63,492 nt of DNA from NCBI GenBank assembly GCA_964455565.1, contig CAYVWT010000001.1:1-63492 (forward strand), in the 5' to 3' direction. Source of the DNA: an uncultured Clostridiaceae bacterium. Its GTDB lineage: Bacteria; Bacillota; Clostridia; Monoglobales; Firm-18. Every line of letters starts with the position of its first letter. Position 1 is the stretch's first letter. Made by a program: the position numbers and the translations under genes. This document shows, piece by piece, positions 9,119-18,557 of the stretch. Under the pieces are notes generated by a model. The model made no database searches, was not told where the DNA came from, and saw only the letters and a program-made list of their open reading frames with translations.

Positions 9119-11767
9119 TTATTTTTGTCCTAAGTTTGCTACGCCTCTATCTGTGCTAACCTTTGCTTGCGCTGCCGCAAGGCGAGCAATTGGCACACGG
9201 AATGGTGAACACGAAACATAGTTAAGCCCAATTCTGTGGCAGAAATCAATTGATGATGGGTCTCCACCATGCTCTCCACAAATGCCAAGCTTAATGTTTG
9301 GTCTTGTACTCCTCCCAAGCTCAACTGCCATTTTTACTAGCTTGCCAACACCCTCTTGGTCAAGTCGAGCAAATGGGTCTGCCTCAAATATCTTTTTCTC
9401 ATAATAATCATCAAGGAATTTCCCTGCATCATCACGAGAAAAGCCATATGTCATTTGTGTCAAATCGTTAGTACCGAATGAGAAAAACTCTGCTTCGGTC
9501 GCTATGGCATCTGCCGTAACTGCCGCACGAGGAACCTCAATCATTGTTCCTACTAAATATTTCATATCAATTCCAGATGCCGCAATAACTTCGTCTGCAA
9601 CTTTTGTTACAATATTTTTAACATATTGCAATTCTTTAAGCTCTCCAACTAATGGAATCATAATTTCAGGAACAATGGTTTGACCTTTTTTAGAAACATT
9701 AATTGCTGCCTCAATAATTGCACGAGCCTGCATAGCCGCAATCTCTGGATACGTTACAGCAAGACGACAGCCACGGTGCCCAAGCATAGGGTTAAACTCG
9801 TGTAGGTCCTCTATTGTTTGCTTTAAATCCTCAAAGGAAATTGACATCTCCATTGAAAGTGCCTTTATATCGTCCTCTGCCTGTGGCAAGAATTCGTGTA
9901 GTGGTGGGTCTAAAAGCCTTATAGTTACTGGGAAACCACTCATTGCTGTGAATAGCCCTTCAAAATCTGCTCTTTGCATTGGAAGTAATTTAGCAAGCGC
10001 ACGCTCACGTTGGTCTACTGTTTTTGCAACTATCATTTCACGAACAACTGGTAGTCTATCTTCGTCAAAGAACATATGCTCTGTACGGCATAAGCCAATA
10101 CCTTCTGCGCCGAAGCTAACTGCAACCTGTGCATCACGAGGAATATCTGCATTTGCACGAACCACAAGTGTGCGAATTTCGTCTGCCCAGCTCATAAATT
10201 TAGAGAAATCACCAGTTAGCTGTGCCTCCTGTGTTTTAATAGATCCAAGATAAACCTTACCTGTGCTACCTTCAAGGGAAATAAAATCTCCCTCTTTTAC
10301 TACTGTGCCACCTACTGTAAATATTTTTGCCTCTTCTTGTACCCTTATTTCGCCGCAGCCTGCAACACAACAACGTCCCATACCACGTGCAACAACTGCT
10401 GCGTGTGAGGTCATACCTCCACGAGAGGTTAAAATACCTTTTGCGGCGTCCATACCCTCAATATCCTCTGGAGATGTTTCAAGGCGAACAAGAATTACAG
10501 GCTCACCATTTTTAGCAGCAATAACTGCACTTTCAGCGTTAAAGTAAACCTTGCCTGCTGCCGCTCCTGGCGAAGCTGGAAGCCCTGTTGCAAGCACAGA
10601 GGTATTTTTAAGCTCTGCCTCCACAAATGTTGGGTGAAGCAGTGCATCAAGCTGTTTTGGGTCAACATTAAGTATAGCTTGCGACTTGTCTATCATACCC
10701 TCTTCAACAAGGTCAACAGCTATTTTAATAGCCGCTTGGGCTGTTCTTTTTCCACTTCTTGTTTGTAGCATATATAATTTGCAGTTTTCAATTGTAAATT
10801 CCATATCCTGCATATCACGATAATGTGTTTCAAGCTTGTTAGCTATATCAACAAACTGAGCATATACCTCTGGCATAACATTTTCAAGCTGAGAAATTGG
10901 TTGTGGTGTTCTAATACCTGCAACAACGTCCTCACCCTGTGCGTTCATAAGGAACTCACCATACAGCTTTTTCTCACCTGTTGATGGGTTACGAGTAAAC
11001 GCAACACCAGTACCACTTTTTTCACCCATATTACCAAATACCATACCTTGAATGTTTACAGCTGTACCCCAGCTTGCAGGAATATCATTCATTCTACGAT
11101 AAATAACTGCCCTTGGGTTATCCCATGAACGGAATACTGCTTGAATTGCCTCTAATAATTGAACCTTCGGGTCTTGAGGGAAATCCTCGCCCTTTTTATC
11201 TTTATAAAATTGTTTAAACCTTGCAACCATTGCTTTTAGGTCATCAGCGTCAAGCTCTGTATCAAGGTTAACTCCCTTTGCTTCTTTTATTTCGTCGATT
11301 ATGCGCTCAAAATTACTTTTTGAAAGCTCCATAACAACATCAGAAAACATTTGAACAAACCTGCGATAGCTATCATAAGCAAAACGTGGGTTGCCAGTTA
11401 ATGCTGCAAGCCCCTCTACAACCTCATCATTAAGACCAAGGTTAAGTATTGTGTCCATCATACCAGGCATTGAAGCCCTTGCACCTGAACGAACAGAAAC
11501 TAAAAGTGGGTCCCTTGCATCACCAAATTTCTTGCCCAATAGCCTTTCTGTTTCTGCAAGCTGTTTATCAATTTCTGCGATTATTTCTGGTGAAATAACC
11601 TTACCATCTTCATAATACTTTGTGCAAGCTTCGGTAGTAACCGTAAAACCTTGGGGAACCGGAAATCCAAGCCTTGTCATTTCAGCAAGGTTTGCACCTT
11701 TGCCTCCAAGCAGGTTTTTCATTGAGCTATCGCCTTCACTAAAAAGATACACGAATTTTTTCGACAT
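9119..11767 (-). CDS. ppdK: pyruvate, phosphate dikinase
   Basis: 882 aa. Full-length PPDK signature including GGMTSHAAVVARG (phospho-His domain) and a C-terminal PEP-utilising TIM barrel. Confidence 0.97.
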   Translation of the reverse strand: MSKKFVYLFSEGDSSMKNLLGGKGANLAEMTRLGFPVPQGFTVTTEACTKYYEDGKVISPEIIAEIDKQLAETERLLGKKFGDARDPLLVSVRSGARASMPGMMDTILNLGLNDEVVEGLAALTGNPRFAYDSYRRFVQMFSDVVMELSKSNFERIIDEIKEAKGVNLDTELDADDLKAMVARFKQFYKDKKGEDFPQDPKVQLLEAIQAVFRSWDNPRAVIYRRMNDIPASWGTAVNIQGMVFGNMGEKSGTGVAFTRNPSTGEKKLYGEFLMNAQGEDVVAGIRTPQPISQLENVMPEVYAQFVDIANKLETHYRDMQDMEFTIENCKLYMLQTRSGKRTAQAAIKIAVDLVEEGMIDKSQAILNVDPKQLDALLHPTFVEAELKNTSVLATGLPASPGAAAGKVYFNAESAVIAAKNGEPVILVRLETSPEDIEGMDAAKGILTSRGGMTSHAAVVARGMGRCCVAGCGEIRVQEEAKIFTVGGTVVKEGDFISLEGSTGKVYLGSIKTQEAQLTGDFSKFMSWADEIRTLVVRANADIPRDAQVAVSFGAEGIGLCRTEHMFFDEDRLPVVREMIVAKTVDQRERALAKLLPMQRADFEGLFTAMSGFPVTIRLLDPPLHEFLPQAEDDIKALSMEMSISFEDLKQTIEDLHEFNPMLGHRGCRLAVTYPEIAAMQARAIIEAAINVSKKGQTIVPEIMIPLVGELKELQYVKNIVTKVADEVIAASGIDMKYLVGTMIEVPRAAVTADAIATEAEFFSFGTNDLTQMTYGFSRDDAGKFLDDYYEKKIFEADPFARLDQEGVGKLVKMAVELGRSTRPNIKLGICGEHGGDPSSIDFCHRIGLNYVSCSPFRVPIARLAAAQAKVSTDRGVANLGQK

Positions 11768-11799
11768 TGTTAATCCTCCTAAAAGTATATGGGTTTTTC

Positions 11800-11851
11800 A
11801 TACTAATTTTAGACAAAAAAAATTGCAAACATTTCAGCATAAAATTAGTAT
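11800..11851 (-). repeat. 12-bp inverted repeat (ATACTAATTTTA / TAAAATTAGTAT) in the ppdK 5' UTR
   Basis: Arms at 11800-11811 and 11840-11851, perfect complement, 28-nt spacer. Starts a few nt downstream of the predicted TSS. Confidence 0.7.
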
Positions 11852-11864
11852 CATATGCTATAAT

Positions 11865-11892
11865 ATTATACCACAAAAAATGATTATGTCAA
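11865..11892 (-). promoter_or_regulatory. strong sigma-A promoter of ppdK with extended -10
   Basis: Minus strand: TTGACA (11892-11887), 16-nt spacer, TGgTATAAT (-10 at 11870-11865). Confidence 0.6.
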
Positions 11893-11907
11893 AACTTTTA
11901 TAATATG

Positions 11908-12642
11908 TTAAACTTTTGATATACTCTTTAGATATTTTAAAGAACGAAAATCCCTGCCTATATGGGTTAAAACATAGCTTTCGGCTATACAAATTAGCTC
12001 GGCTGTAACCTCTGGTGTTGCAGAAAATGAATAAATTTTCTTTGCATCGCAATGCAAAATATGTTGCATTGCAGATAATGTTCCACTTTTAATTTTTCCA
12101 TAGGTACTTCCGCATTTAGAGCAAAATACACTTCCCTCGTCTACAGAAAAGTGGTTTAGCTCATCCTTTCCCCCACCCTCTCCACAAGTCAAAACATTAG
12201 GTGAAAGACCAGATAACGCCATAAGCCGAAGCTCAAAGGCTGGCTTTACAAGGGCTAAATCCTCTTTTTTTGTAATTATGTAAAGTGTATTAAGTGCAAG
12301 CTGAATTATTTCATCCATACCGTGTGAATCAGTTGCAATTTCGCAAAGCAGGTCACAAAAATATGATGCAAGTGATAGCTTTTCAATATCCGTTCTAATA
12401 TTATAAAAGGTTTCAATTGGGTCTGCAGAGATTACACGCCCAAGCTGTTTGCCCTTTTTGATGATGAAATCTGTATAACAAAAAAGGGAGCAACCTGCAA
12501 TAAGCTTACTTTTATAGCTTCTCGCACCGTTTGCTCCTGCTTGTATTTTCCCATACTCATTGGTGAGGATAGTAATTATTTTATCACCCTCACCTACATT
12601 GGTTTCTTTGATTATTAATCCCTTCACTTGCGTCATCATCAC
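11908..12642 (-). CDS. recO: DNA repair protein RecO
   Basis: OB-fold N-terminus GLIIKETNVGEGDKII and a Cys4 zinc motif (C..C....C..C). Start ambiguous (12654, 12642 or 12636); GTG 12642 lies 8 nt after AGGTGA. Confidence 0.9.
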   Translation of the reverse strand: MMMTQVKGLIIKETNVGEGDKIITILTNEYGKIQAGANGARSYKSKLIAGCSLFCYTDFIIKKGKQLGRVISADPIETFYNIRTDIEKLSLASYFCDLLCEIATDSHGMDEIIQLALNTLYIITKKEDLALVKPAFELRLMALSGLSPNVLTCGEGGGKDELNHFSVDEGSVFCSKCGSTYGKIKSGTLSAMQHILHCDAKKIYSFSATPEVTAELICIAESYVLTHIGRDFRSLKYLKSISKV

Positions 12643-12745
12643 GTTTTTCATCACCTATTTTTGTGTTTTGAAGCTGATTATATGCCAAAAAAGCCTCTAT
12701 ACTACCCGTTTTTTCAAAGTAATTCCAAGTAAAATCTTTTAGCAT
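12590..12745 (-). CDS. yqzL: YqzL-family small protein (51 aa), absent from the ORF track
   Basis: My own translation: MLKDFTWNYFEKTGSIEAFLAYNQLQNTKIGDEKRDDDASEGINNQRNQCR. SD GGGGG lies about 8 nt upstream. Conserved era-yqzL-recO position. Confidence 0.7.
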   Translation of the reverse strand: MLKDFTWNYFEKTGSIEAFLAYNQLQNTKIGDEKRDDDASEGINNQRNQCR

Positions 12746-12776
12746 AATTATAACCCCCTAATGTGTTTATCTGATA

Positions 12777-12894
12777 CCAATTCCAGTTAAAAAACTGGAA
12801 TTGGGTGGCGTAAGGCCTGCACAGCAAGCCAACAGCCACACTATTTCGCATTTGAATTTCAATTATTTTTATTACGATTTCAAATGCGAAATAG
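12777..12894 (-). other. three consecutive strong hairpins between era and yqzL (unassigned structured element)
   Basis: 12-bp perfect stem (12777-12804); nested GC-rich 5+7-bp stem (12805-12839); 16-bp perfect stem (12841-12856 with 12879-12894). None has a U-tail. Confidence 0.5.
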
Positions 12895-12956
12895 TATGAT
12901 ATTATCTTTTGCAACTGGGGGATATATATACTATGAAAGTTTACCCAAAATACGCT

Positions 12957-13847
12957 TTACTTTTCATCATAGCCAAAATTTTTAAGCTGCATATCGCTGT
13001 TTCTCCAGTTTTCCTTAACCTTAACCCACAGCTCTAAAAATACTTTCGTCTGTGTAAACCTTTGCAGGTCTTGGCGTGCGCTTGTGCCAATCTTTTTTAG
13101 CATTGCACCATTTTTACCAATTATTATAGCCTTATGTGAATCTCTTTCGCAATATATTGTTGCACTAATTGACGTTAATTCCTTTTTTTCATCAAATTTC
13201 ATACTTTCAATTACTACTGCAATTCCGTAAGGAATTTCATCGTTTAACACACGCATAAGCTTTTCACGGATAAGCTCGGAGCAAATTTGCCTTTCTGGCT
13301 GGTCTGTTAATGTATCATCCGGAAAAAACTTTGGTCCCTCTGGGAGGTATTTTTTAATTATTTCTACAAGCCCTAATGTGCCATCACCATTAATCGCAGA
13401 AATCGGTACTATTTCGGTAAACTCTTTTAGCTTGCTAAAATCAGAAATAATTGGCAAAATTTCTGCCTTATTTATTTTATCTATCTTATTTATTATAAGG
13501 AAAACTGTTTCCGCATTTATTCTTTCTAATATTGGTGCTTCACGCTCTAAATTGCAGTTATCTGCATCTAACATATACAAAACAACATCTGCCTCGCCTG
13601 TGCTTTGCTCTGCTTCCTTTACCATAAACTTGCCTAATTTATTTTTAGGAGAATGAATTCCAGGCGTATCGATAAATACAAGCTGTGCATCATCCCCAGT
13701 TAGCACGCCTGTAATTTGAGTGCGTGTTGTCTGTGGCTTTGGCGATACAGCCGCTATTTTTTCACCTAATATTTTATTAAGCAAGGTTGATTTCCCCACA
13801 TTTGGACGACCTACGATTGAAATAAAACCTGATTTATAATTTTTCAT
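12957..13847 (-). CDS. era: GTPase Era
   Basis: G1 GRPNVGKST, G3 DTPG, G4 NKID, C-terminal KH domain. Confidence 0.97.
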   Translation of the reverse strand: MKNYKSGFISIVGRPNVGKSTLLNKILGEKIAAVSPKPQTTRTQITGVLTGDDAQLVFIDTPGIHSPKNKLGKFMVKEAEQSTGEADVVLYMLDADNCNLEREAPILERINAETVFLIINKIDKINKAEILPIISDFSKLKEFTEIVPISAINGDGTLGLVEIIKKYLPEGPKFFPDDTLTDQPERQICSELIREKLMRVLNDEIPYGIAVVIESMKFDEKKELTSISATIYCERDSHKAIIIGKNGAMLKKIGTSARQDLQRFTQTKVFLELWVKVKENWRNSDMQLKNFGYDEK

Positions 13848-14299
13848 TATTTTTTTCCTCTCACAAATAGATACGATAATATTATTACTACCAAAGAAAT
13901 TATTATTTTAGGTATCGAATGAAACACATCGCTTATTATATATGCCATAATATTAGGTCTTAAAATTAAAAACAAAGCACACATAATTGCACATAATGTA
14001 GCCATTAAAACTGCCCCTGCAGCTACATCCTTAGCCTTTTTAGCAAGAAGGTGGAATTCGTCTGTTATCATATCAACTATGGTTTCTATTGACGTGTTTA
14101 CCATTTCTGCCAAAATTACAACTGCTATTACAAGGGTTAGCATTATCATTTCAGCAGGTGTAAATTTATAATATGGCGCAAGCAAATATATTATGGCAGC
14201 CACAGTCATATGTATCCTAAAATTGCGCTCATTAGATATGCAGTAATAAACCCCTTCAAAGGCAAATTTAAAGCTTTTATACAATTTTTTATATATCAT
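13847..14299 (-). CDS. dgkA: diacylglycerol/undecaprenol kinase (DgkA family)
   Basis: 150 aa with 3 TM segments. NFRIH motif. Conserved position between ybeY and era. Confidence 0.85.
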   Translation of the reverse strand: MIYKKLYKSFKFAFEGVYYCISNERNFRIHMTVAAIIYLLAPYYKFTPAEMIMLTLVIAVVILAEMVNTSIETIVDMITDEFHLLAKKAKDVAAGAVLMATLCAIMCALFLILRPNIMAYIISDVFHSIPKIIISLVVIILSYLFVRGKK

Positions 14300-14304
14300 A
14301 TACC

Positions 14305-14748
14305 TTACCTCACAATCCCAAGCTCATTTAGTATATCCTCTTGCTTTTCAAACATTTCTGCTTCCTCGTCACTATCCTCGTGGTCATACCCCATTAGGTG
14401 TAGCATTGAATGGGCTGTTAAAAAGGCAATTTCCCTGTCGATGCTATGCTCATATTCCTGCGCCTGCTCATTTGCACGTTCGAGTGAAATTACAATATCG
14501 CCAAGCTCTTCCTCGTCAAAATAACCCTCATCGTCATATAAAGGAAATGATAATACATCGGTTGGCATATCCTTTTCCCTGTATTGTTTATTAAGCTGCT
14601 TAATATTCTCGTTATCAGTAATCACAACGCTAACCCCAAGAGGCTCTATTTCCTCATATTCAAAGGTTTTGTCAATTACCAAACGAATAAGCTTGTCCAT
14701 TTCCTCTGTGAATTCTAATTTATCCTGCTCATTTTGAATGTCTATCAT
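14305..14748 (-). CDS. ybeY: rRNA maturation endoribonuclease YbeY
   Basis: HSMLHLMGYDH zinc motif. Likely start is MIDIQ at 14748; the track ORF extends further upstream. Confidence 0.92.
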   Translation of the reverse strand: MIDIQNEQDKLEFTEEMDKLIRLVIDKTFEYEEIEPLGVSVVITDNENIKQLNKQYREKDMPTDVLSFPLYDDEGYFDEEELGDIVISLERANEQAQEYEHSIDREIAFLTAHSMLHLMGYDHEDSDEEAEMFEKQEDILNELGIVR

Positions 14749-15721
14749 TTGTTTTCTCTGCCTTTCGTGCGTCCTCACGCTCATACGCTTTTACAATTAA
14801 CTGTACAAGTGGATGGCGCACAACGTCTTTTTCGCTTAGCATACAAAATTCTATTCCATCAATGCTTTTTAATATATGAATAACCTCTTTAAGACCACTT
14901 TTTTTACCGTCTGGCAGGTCAATTTGCGTTATGTCGCCTGTTACTATTGCCCTTGAACCAAAGCCAAGACGGGTTAAAAACATCTTCATTTGCTCGGGCG
15001 TGGTGTTTTGCGCCTCGTCAAGAATTATATATGAATTATCCAATGTTCTACCACGCATATATGCAAGTGGTGCAACCTCTATAATTCCACGCTCAACATA
15101 TTTCAAATAGGTTTCCACACCTAACATATCATGCAGGGCATCGTGAAGTGGCCTCAGGTATGGGTCAACCTTGTTTTGCAGGTCACCAGGCAAAAACCCA
15201 AGCTTTTCGCCAGCCTCAACAGCAGGGCGAGTAATTATTAGCCTATTTATATCTTTATTTTTAAGTGCAGTTACAGCCATAGCAACAGCTAAGTATGTTT
15301 TTCCTGTCCCAGCAGGGCCAATTCCAAAGGTTATAGTGCTATTTCTTATTGCCTCGATGTATTTTTTTTGACCAAGGGTTTTTGGTTTAATCGGCTTTCC
15401 CTTTACAGTTATGCAAACACAATCCTTTCCCAAGGTATTCAGCTTTTCCTCTGCACCCTCATCTACAAGTGAAATAACATATCTAACAGCCTGCTCATTA
15501 ATTTGCTCACCCTTTGCAGTTATGCCAATTAGTCCACTTATAGCCCTTTGCGCCTTGTCTGCATTTTCCTCGTCACCAGAGATTTTTAGCTGTGTGCCTC
15601 TGTGCACAATCTTTACATTATAATGCTTTTCAACAATTTTAACATTTTCATCAAAGCTGCCAAAAATATTCACTATTTGCTCAATTGTTTCCACTTCAAG
15701 GTTTTTGTCCACCATTATCAT
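14729..15721 (-). CDS. phoH: PhoH-like ATPase
   Basis: Walker A GPAGTGKT and a PhoH family C-terminal domain. Confidence 0.95.
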   Translation of the reverse strand: MIMVDKNLEVETIEQIVNIFGSFDENVKIVEKHYNVKIVHRGTQLKISGDEENADKAQRAISGLIGITAKGEQINEQAVRYVISLVDEGAEEKLNTLGKDCVCITVKGKPIKPKTLGQKKYIEAIRNSTITFGIGPAGTGKTYLAVAMAVTALKNKDINRLIITRPAVEAGEKLGFLPGDLQNKVDPYLRPLHDALHDMLGVETYLKYVERGIIEVAPLAYMRGRTLDNSYIILDEAQNTTPEQMKMFLTRLGFGSRAIVTGDITQIDLPDGKKSGLKEVIHILKSIDGIEFCMLSEKDVVRHPLVQLIVKAYEREDARKAEKTNDRHSK

Positions 15722-16898
15722 TTGTTTCCTCCCTTAGAACTTCCTGTTGTTTTGCAATATTTTGTATGCACTCATAGGTTATCGTTAGCTTATTATCGTG
15801 AATTAACTCTTGCTTATTAACAATTTGTATACCATTAAGCTCACTATCCATTTCGGTTTTAAGCCTTTCTATTGCCTGCTCATTTGTTAATTCATTTTCT
15901 GCTACACTCTGCTCATAATAGTTATCATAATGAAAAGAAATAGGTAGAATATTATCTTTCCCCAATGACAGTTTTTTTACATAACTTATTCTATCATAGT
16001 TTGTATAGTAAATTCTATCATTTATGAAAAATTTTATATAAAAATCGAAAATTTTTATTGAATGTTTGGATTTTGACCGTCCTGTTCGTGTTTTAAACTG
16101 TTCAATCTGTGGCAAATTAACCGTTTTTTCGTGCCAGGTTCTGGCAAGAACCTCTGCCTCCGAATGCACATACCTAACTCCCTCTATTTTGCTATCCAAT
16201 GCACCACTAACAAGCAATTGCCCCGCTCGTACTACGTCACCTTTTTTTACTAACTGGTGCCCGTCTTTTGTGTTTATCGTTTCAATTACTCCACCCATAG
16301 TGGCAATTATGCTACAAGGCTCATTTTTAGGCAAAATATATGGCTTTGGTGCTCTTTCCTTAACCTCCACCTCTGCCTTTGTTCCATTGATATTAATTCC
16401 TATCCACGCTATATCTGGCTGAGCAGTCATTACAACATTTTGAATATACTGTGTGTCGATTTTATTTTTCCACATTCCAGTTTTAAGCCCTGCATTTTGC
16501 AAGGCAAGTGTTATTTGCTCCTCTGTCATTTTTTCATTGCCCTGTATATCAACAGTCCAAATAAATAATGTCATAGAATAAATTAATATTATTGAAATAA
16601 TGATTCCAAACAAAAATGCCTTTCTTTTGCGATACTTATGCACGAAAAAAGGCATGCCCTTGCGACTATATATTTGTACGGTGCAACGAGATTTTTTCAC
16701 AATGGGTGGAAGCATTTTAAACCCCTGTATGCTAATATTTGCACGCATTTTTGTGTTGTCAATCCTACGCACATTCCAAAGATGTATTCCTCGCCTTGTG
16801 CAAATATTTAAAAACCTTTCTAAAAAAAAGCCCTCTATTAGTATAACAACATAGCCCTTTAATATGTTTAACAGTTTAATTAAAAACAACTTCATCAC
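15696..16898 (-). CDS. yqfD: sporulation protein YqfD
   Basis: 400 aa with the typical YqfD architecture. Follows yqfC. Confidence 0.88.
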   Translation of the reverse strand: MMKLFLIKLLNILKGYVVILIEGFFLERFLNICTRRGIHLWNVRRIDNTKMRANISIQGFKMLPPIVKKSRCTVQIYSRKGMPFFVHKYRKRKAFLFGIIISIILIYSMTLFIWTVDIQGNEKMTEEQITLALQNAGLKTGMWKNKIDTQYIQNVVMTAQPDIAWIGININGTKAEVEVKERAPKPYILPKNEPCSIIATMGGVIETINTKDGHQLVKKGDVVRAGQLLVSGALDSKIEGVRYVHSEAEVLARTWHEKTVNLPQIEQFKTRTGRSKSKHSIKIFDFYIKFFINDRIYYTNYDRISYVKKLSLGKDNILPISFHYDNYYEQSVAENELTNEQAIERLKTEMDSELNGIQIVNKQELIHDNKLTITYECIQNIAKQQEVLREETNDNGGQKP

Positions 16899-16899
16899 C

Positions 16900-17196
16900 T
16901 CAATTGTATTGTATGCCCTTTATTATTCCCTCTATCAATATATCCACATCGGTTATTGTTCGTATTTCAAGGCGCTCGCCAATAATTGTAATTGTTTTTA
17001 CAGATGTTTTTATGCGTATGCTTTCATTTGCATATTCCATTATACCACTATAATTTTCTATGGTTATTTGGTTATCACCAATAACGGTTAGCTTAGGACT
17101 ATCTAGCACAACCTCCTTTGGCATATCAAGCATTTCGGTTATTTTTTCCCTTGTGGTTTTTATTGGTCTTTCTTTTTTTCTTTTCAAATAAATCAC
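16900..17196 (-). CDS. yqfC: sporulation protein YqfC
   Basis: 98 aa, YabP/YqfC-like (ITIENY...IEGII). Upstream of yqfD. Confidence 0.85.
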   Translation of the reverse strand: MIYLKRKKERPIKTTREKITEMLDMPKEVVLDSPKLTVIGDNQITIENYSGIMEYANESIRIKTSVKTITIIGERLEIRTITDVDILIEGIIKGIQYN

Positions 17197-17243
17197 CCCA
17201 TAAATTATGTATATTCGTAAACAAGTTATTTTAAGCTAAATAT

Positions 17244-18455
17244 TTGCATAAAGTAAAAAAGGGGGTGGTTATTATCAAAGATAAAAGTTTAATCATTATA
17301 CTTGGACTGTTTTTATTTGCAGGTTTAATAGTAGCCCCTGCAGATTGTTTAAGTGGTGCAAGCCGTGGGCTTGACCTATGCTTTAAAATAATCATACCAT
17401 CATTGTTCCCATTTTTCGTGTGCTCGAAATTGCTTATAGAATGTGGCTTTGCACAGGCTATTGGGAAATGGTGTAGCTTTTTTATGAGACCAATTTTCAA
17501 CGTGCCCGGCTGTGGCTCTTTCGCATTTGTGCTTGGAATTATAAGTGGCTATCCTGTTGGCGCAAAATGTGCGCTAGAATTATATGAGGAAAATAACTGC
17601 ACAAGGGCAGAGGCAGAAAGACTTATTTGTTTTTGCAATAACTCAGGGCCTCTTTTTATTATAGGCTCGGTTGCCATTGGTATGCTGTATTCCCAATTAG
17701 CAGGGATTATACTTTATGTTGCACATATTTTATCAGCAATTAGCGTGGGTATAGTTTTTAGATTTTATAAAACGAACGAGAAAATGACCTTGAAATGTGC
17801 AAGCTTTCGCATATCTCAAAGGCATACAAAAAAAACAATCGGCGAAGCCTTATCAAGCGCAATATCACAATCTGTCGAGCTTACTTTATATGTATGTGGT
17901 TTTATTACATTTTTTAGTGCATTACTTGTTATATTAGAACGCTTTGGAATTATAGGAATTTTTAGTTATATATTCAAAATTTTCGGTGCATCGCCGGAGG
18001 TTGCAACAGCGCTTAGCTATGGTTTTTTTGAAATTTCAAATGGAGTAATCCGGTTATCTACCCTGCAAATTGGAAGCCTTAAATTAGTTTTAATATCCAT
18101 TATTCTTGCTTGGTCTGGTGTGTCTGTTATACTTCAAGTTACTGGAATTATTGCAAAAAGTGGGCTTAGCAGGCTAATATTTATTGGCGCAAAAGCACTT
18201 CAAGCCATTTTTGCAGGAGTATATACCTTAATAATTTTACGTTTACCACTTGGTAGCGTTGAAGTTTTTTCCAAAACTATGCCACGAGCTACAATTGCAG
18301 GCGCATTCGCATATTCAATTTTGCTTATGCTTATAGGGCTTGCGGTTTTCCTTATTATTTCAAGCCTTAGTTATTTGGGAAAAGTTGCGAAGCAACTTGC
18401 TTGCAAGCAAGCCACTCGAAGTGGCGATGCTTGCCTGCGAGAGGAAATTAATTAA
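17244..18455 (+). CDS. ylbJ: sporulation integral membrane protein YlbJ
   Basis: Nucleoside-recognition-type membrane protein. The motif run PSLFPFF...GYPVGAK...CNNSGPLFI matches YlbJ. The last ~25 codons are read from repeat copy A. Exact start uncertain. Confidence 0.85.
   Translation: MHKVKKGVVIIKDKSLIIILGLFLFAGLIVAPADCLSGASRGLDLCFKIIIPSLFPFFVCSKLLIECGFAQAIGKWCSFFMRPIFNVPGCGSFAFVLGIISGYPVGAKCALELYEENNCTRAEAERLICFCNNSGPLFIIGSVAIGMLYSQLAGIILYVAHILSAISVGIVFRFYKTNEKMTLKCASFRISQRHTKKTIGEALSSAISQSVELTLYVCGFITFFSALLVILERFGIIGIFSYIFKIFGASPEVATALSYGFFEISNGVIRLSTLQIGSLKLVLISIILAWSGVSVILQVTGIIAKSGLSRLIFIGAKALQAIFAGVYTLIILRLPLGSVEVFSKTMPRATIAGAFAYSILLMLIGLAVFLIISSLSYLGKVAKQLACKQATRSGDACLREEIN
18378..18450 (+). 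repeat. 73-nt structured repeat, copy A
   Basis: 57/73 identical and gap-free with 44916-44988. First 20 nt (GGAAAAGTTGCGAAGCAACT) and last 7 nt (GAAATTA) are identical. Confidence 0.8.
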
Positions 18456-18505
18456 CATTACCATTAAATATAACAATTTGCAGCATTAATTTCCTAGCAG
18501 AGATG

Positions 18506-18543
18506 CAAAAAAGGCACCACTCGAATTTCGAGTGATGCCTTTA
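18506..18543 (-). terminator. intrinsic terminator of rplL
   Basis: Minus strand: AAAGGCATCACTCGAA-ATT-TCGAGTGGTGCCTTT followed by TTTT. Confidence 0.85.
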
Positions 18544-18557
18544 AGTATTTAAGCTAA

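Noticed and set aside
12714-12914. 66-aa minus-strand track ORF between era and recO.
   Set aside because: It simply reads through three palindromic hairpins and overlaps the better-supported YqzL frame. It has no SD.
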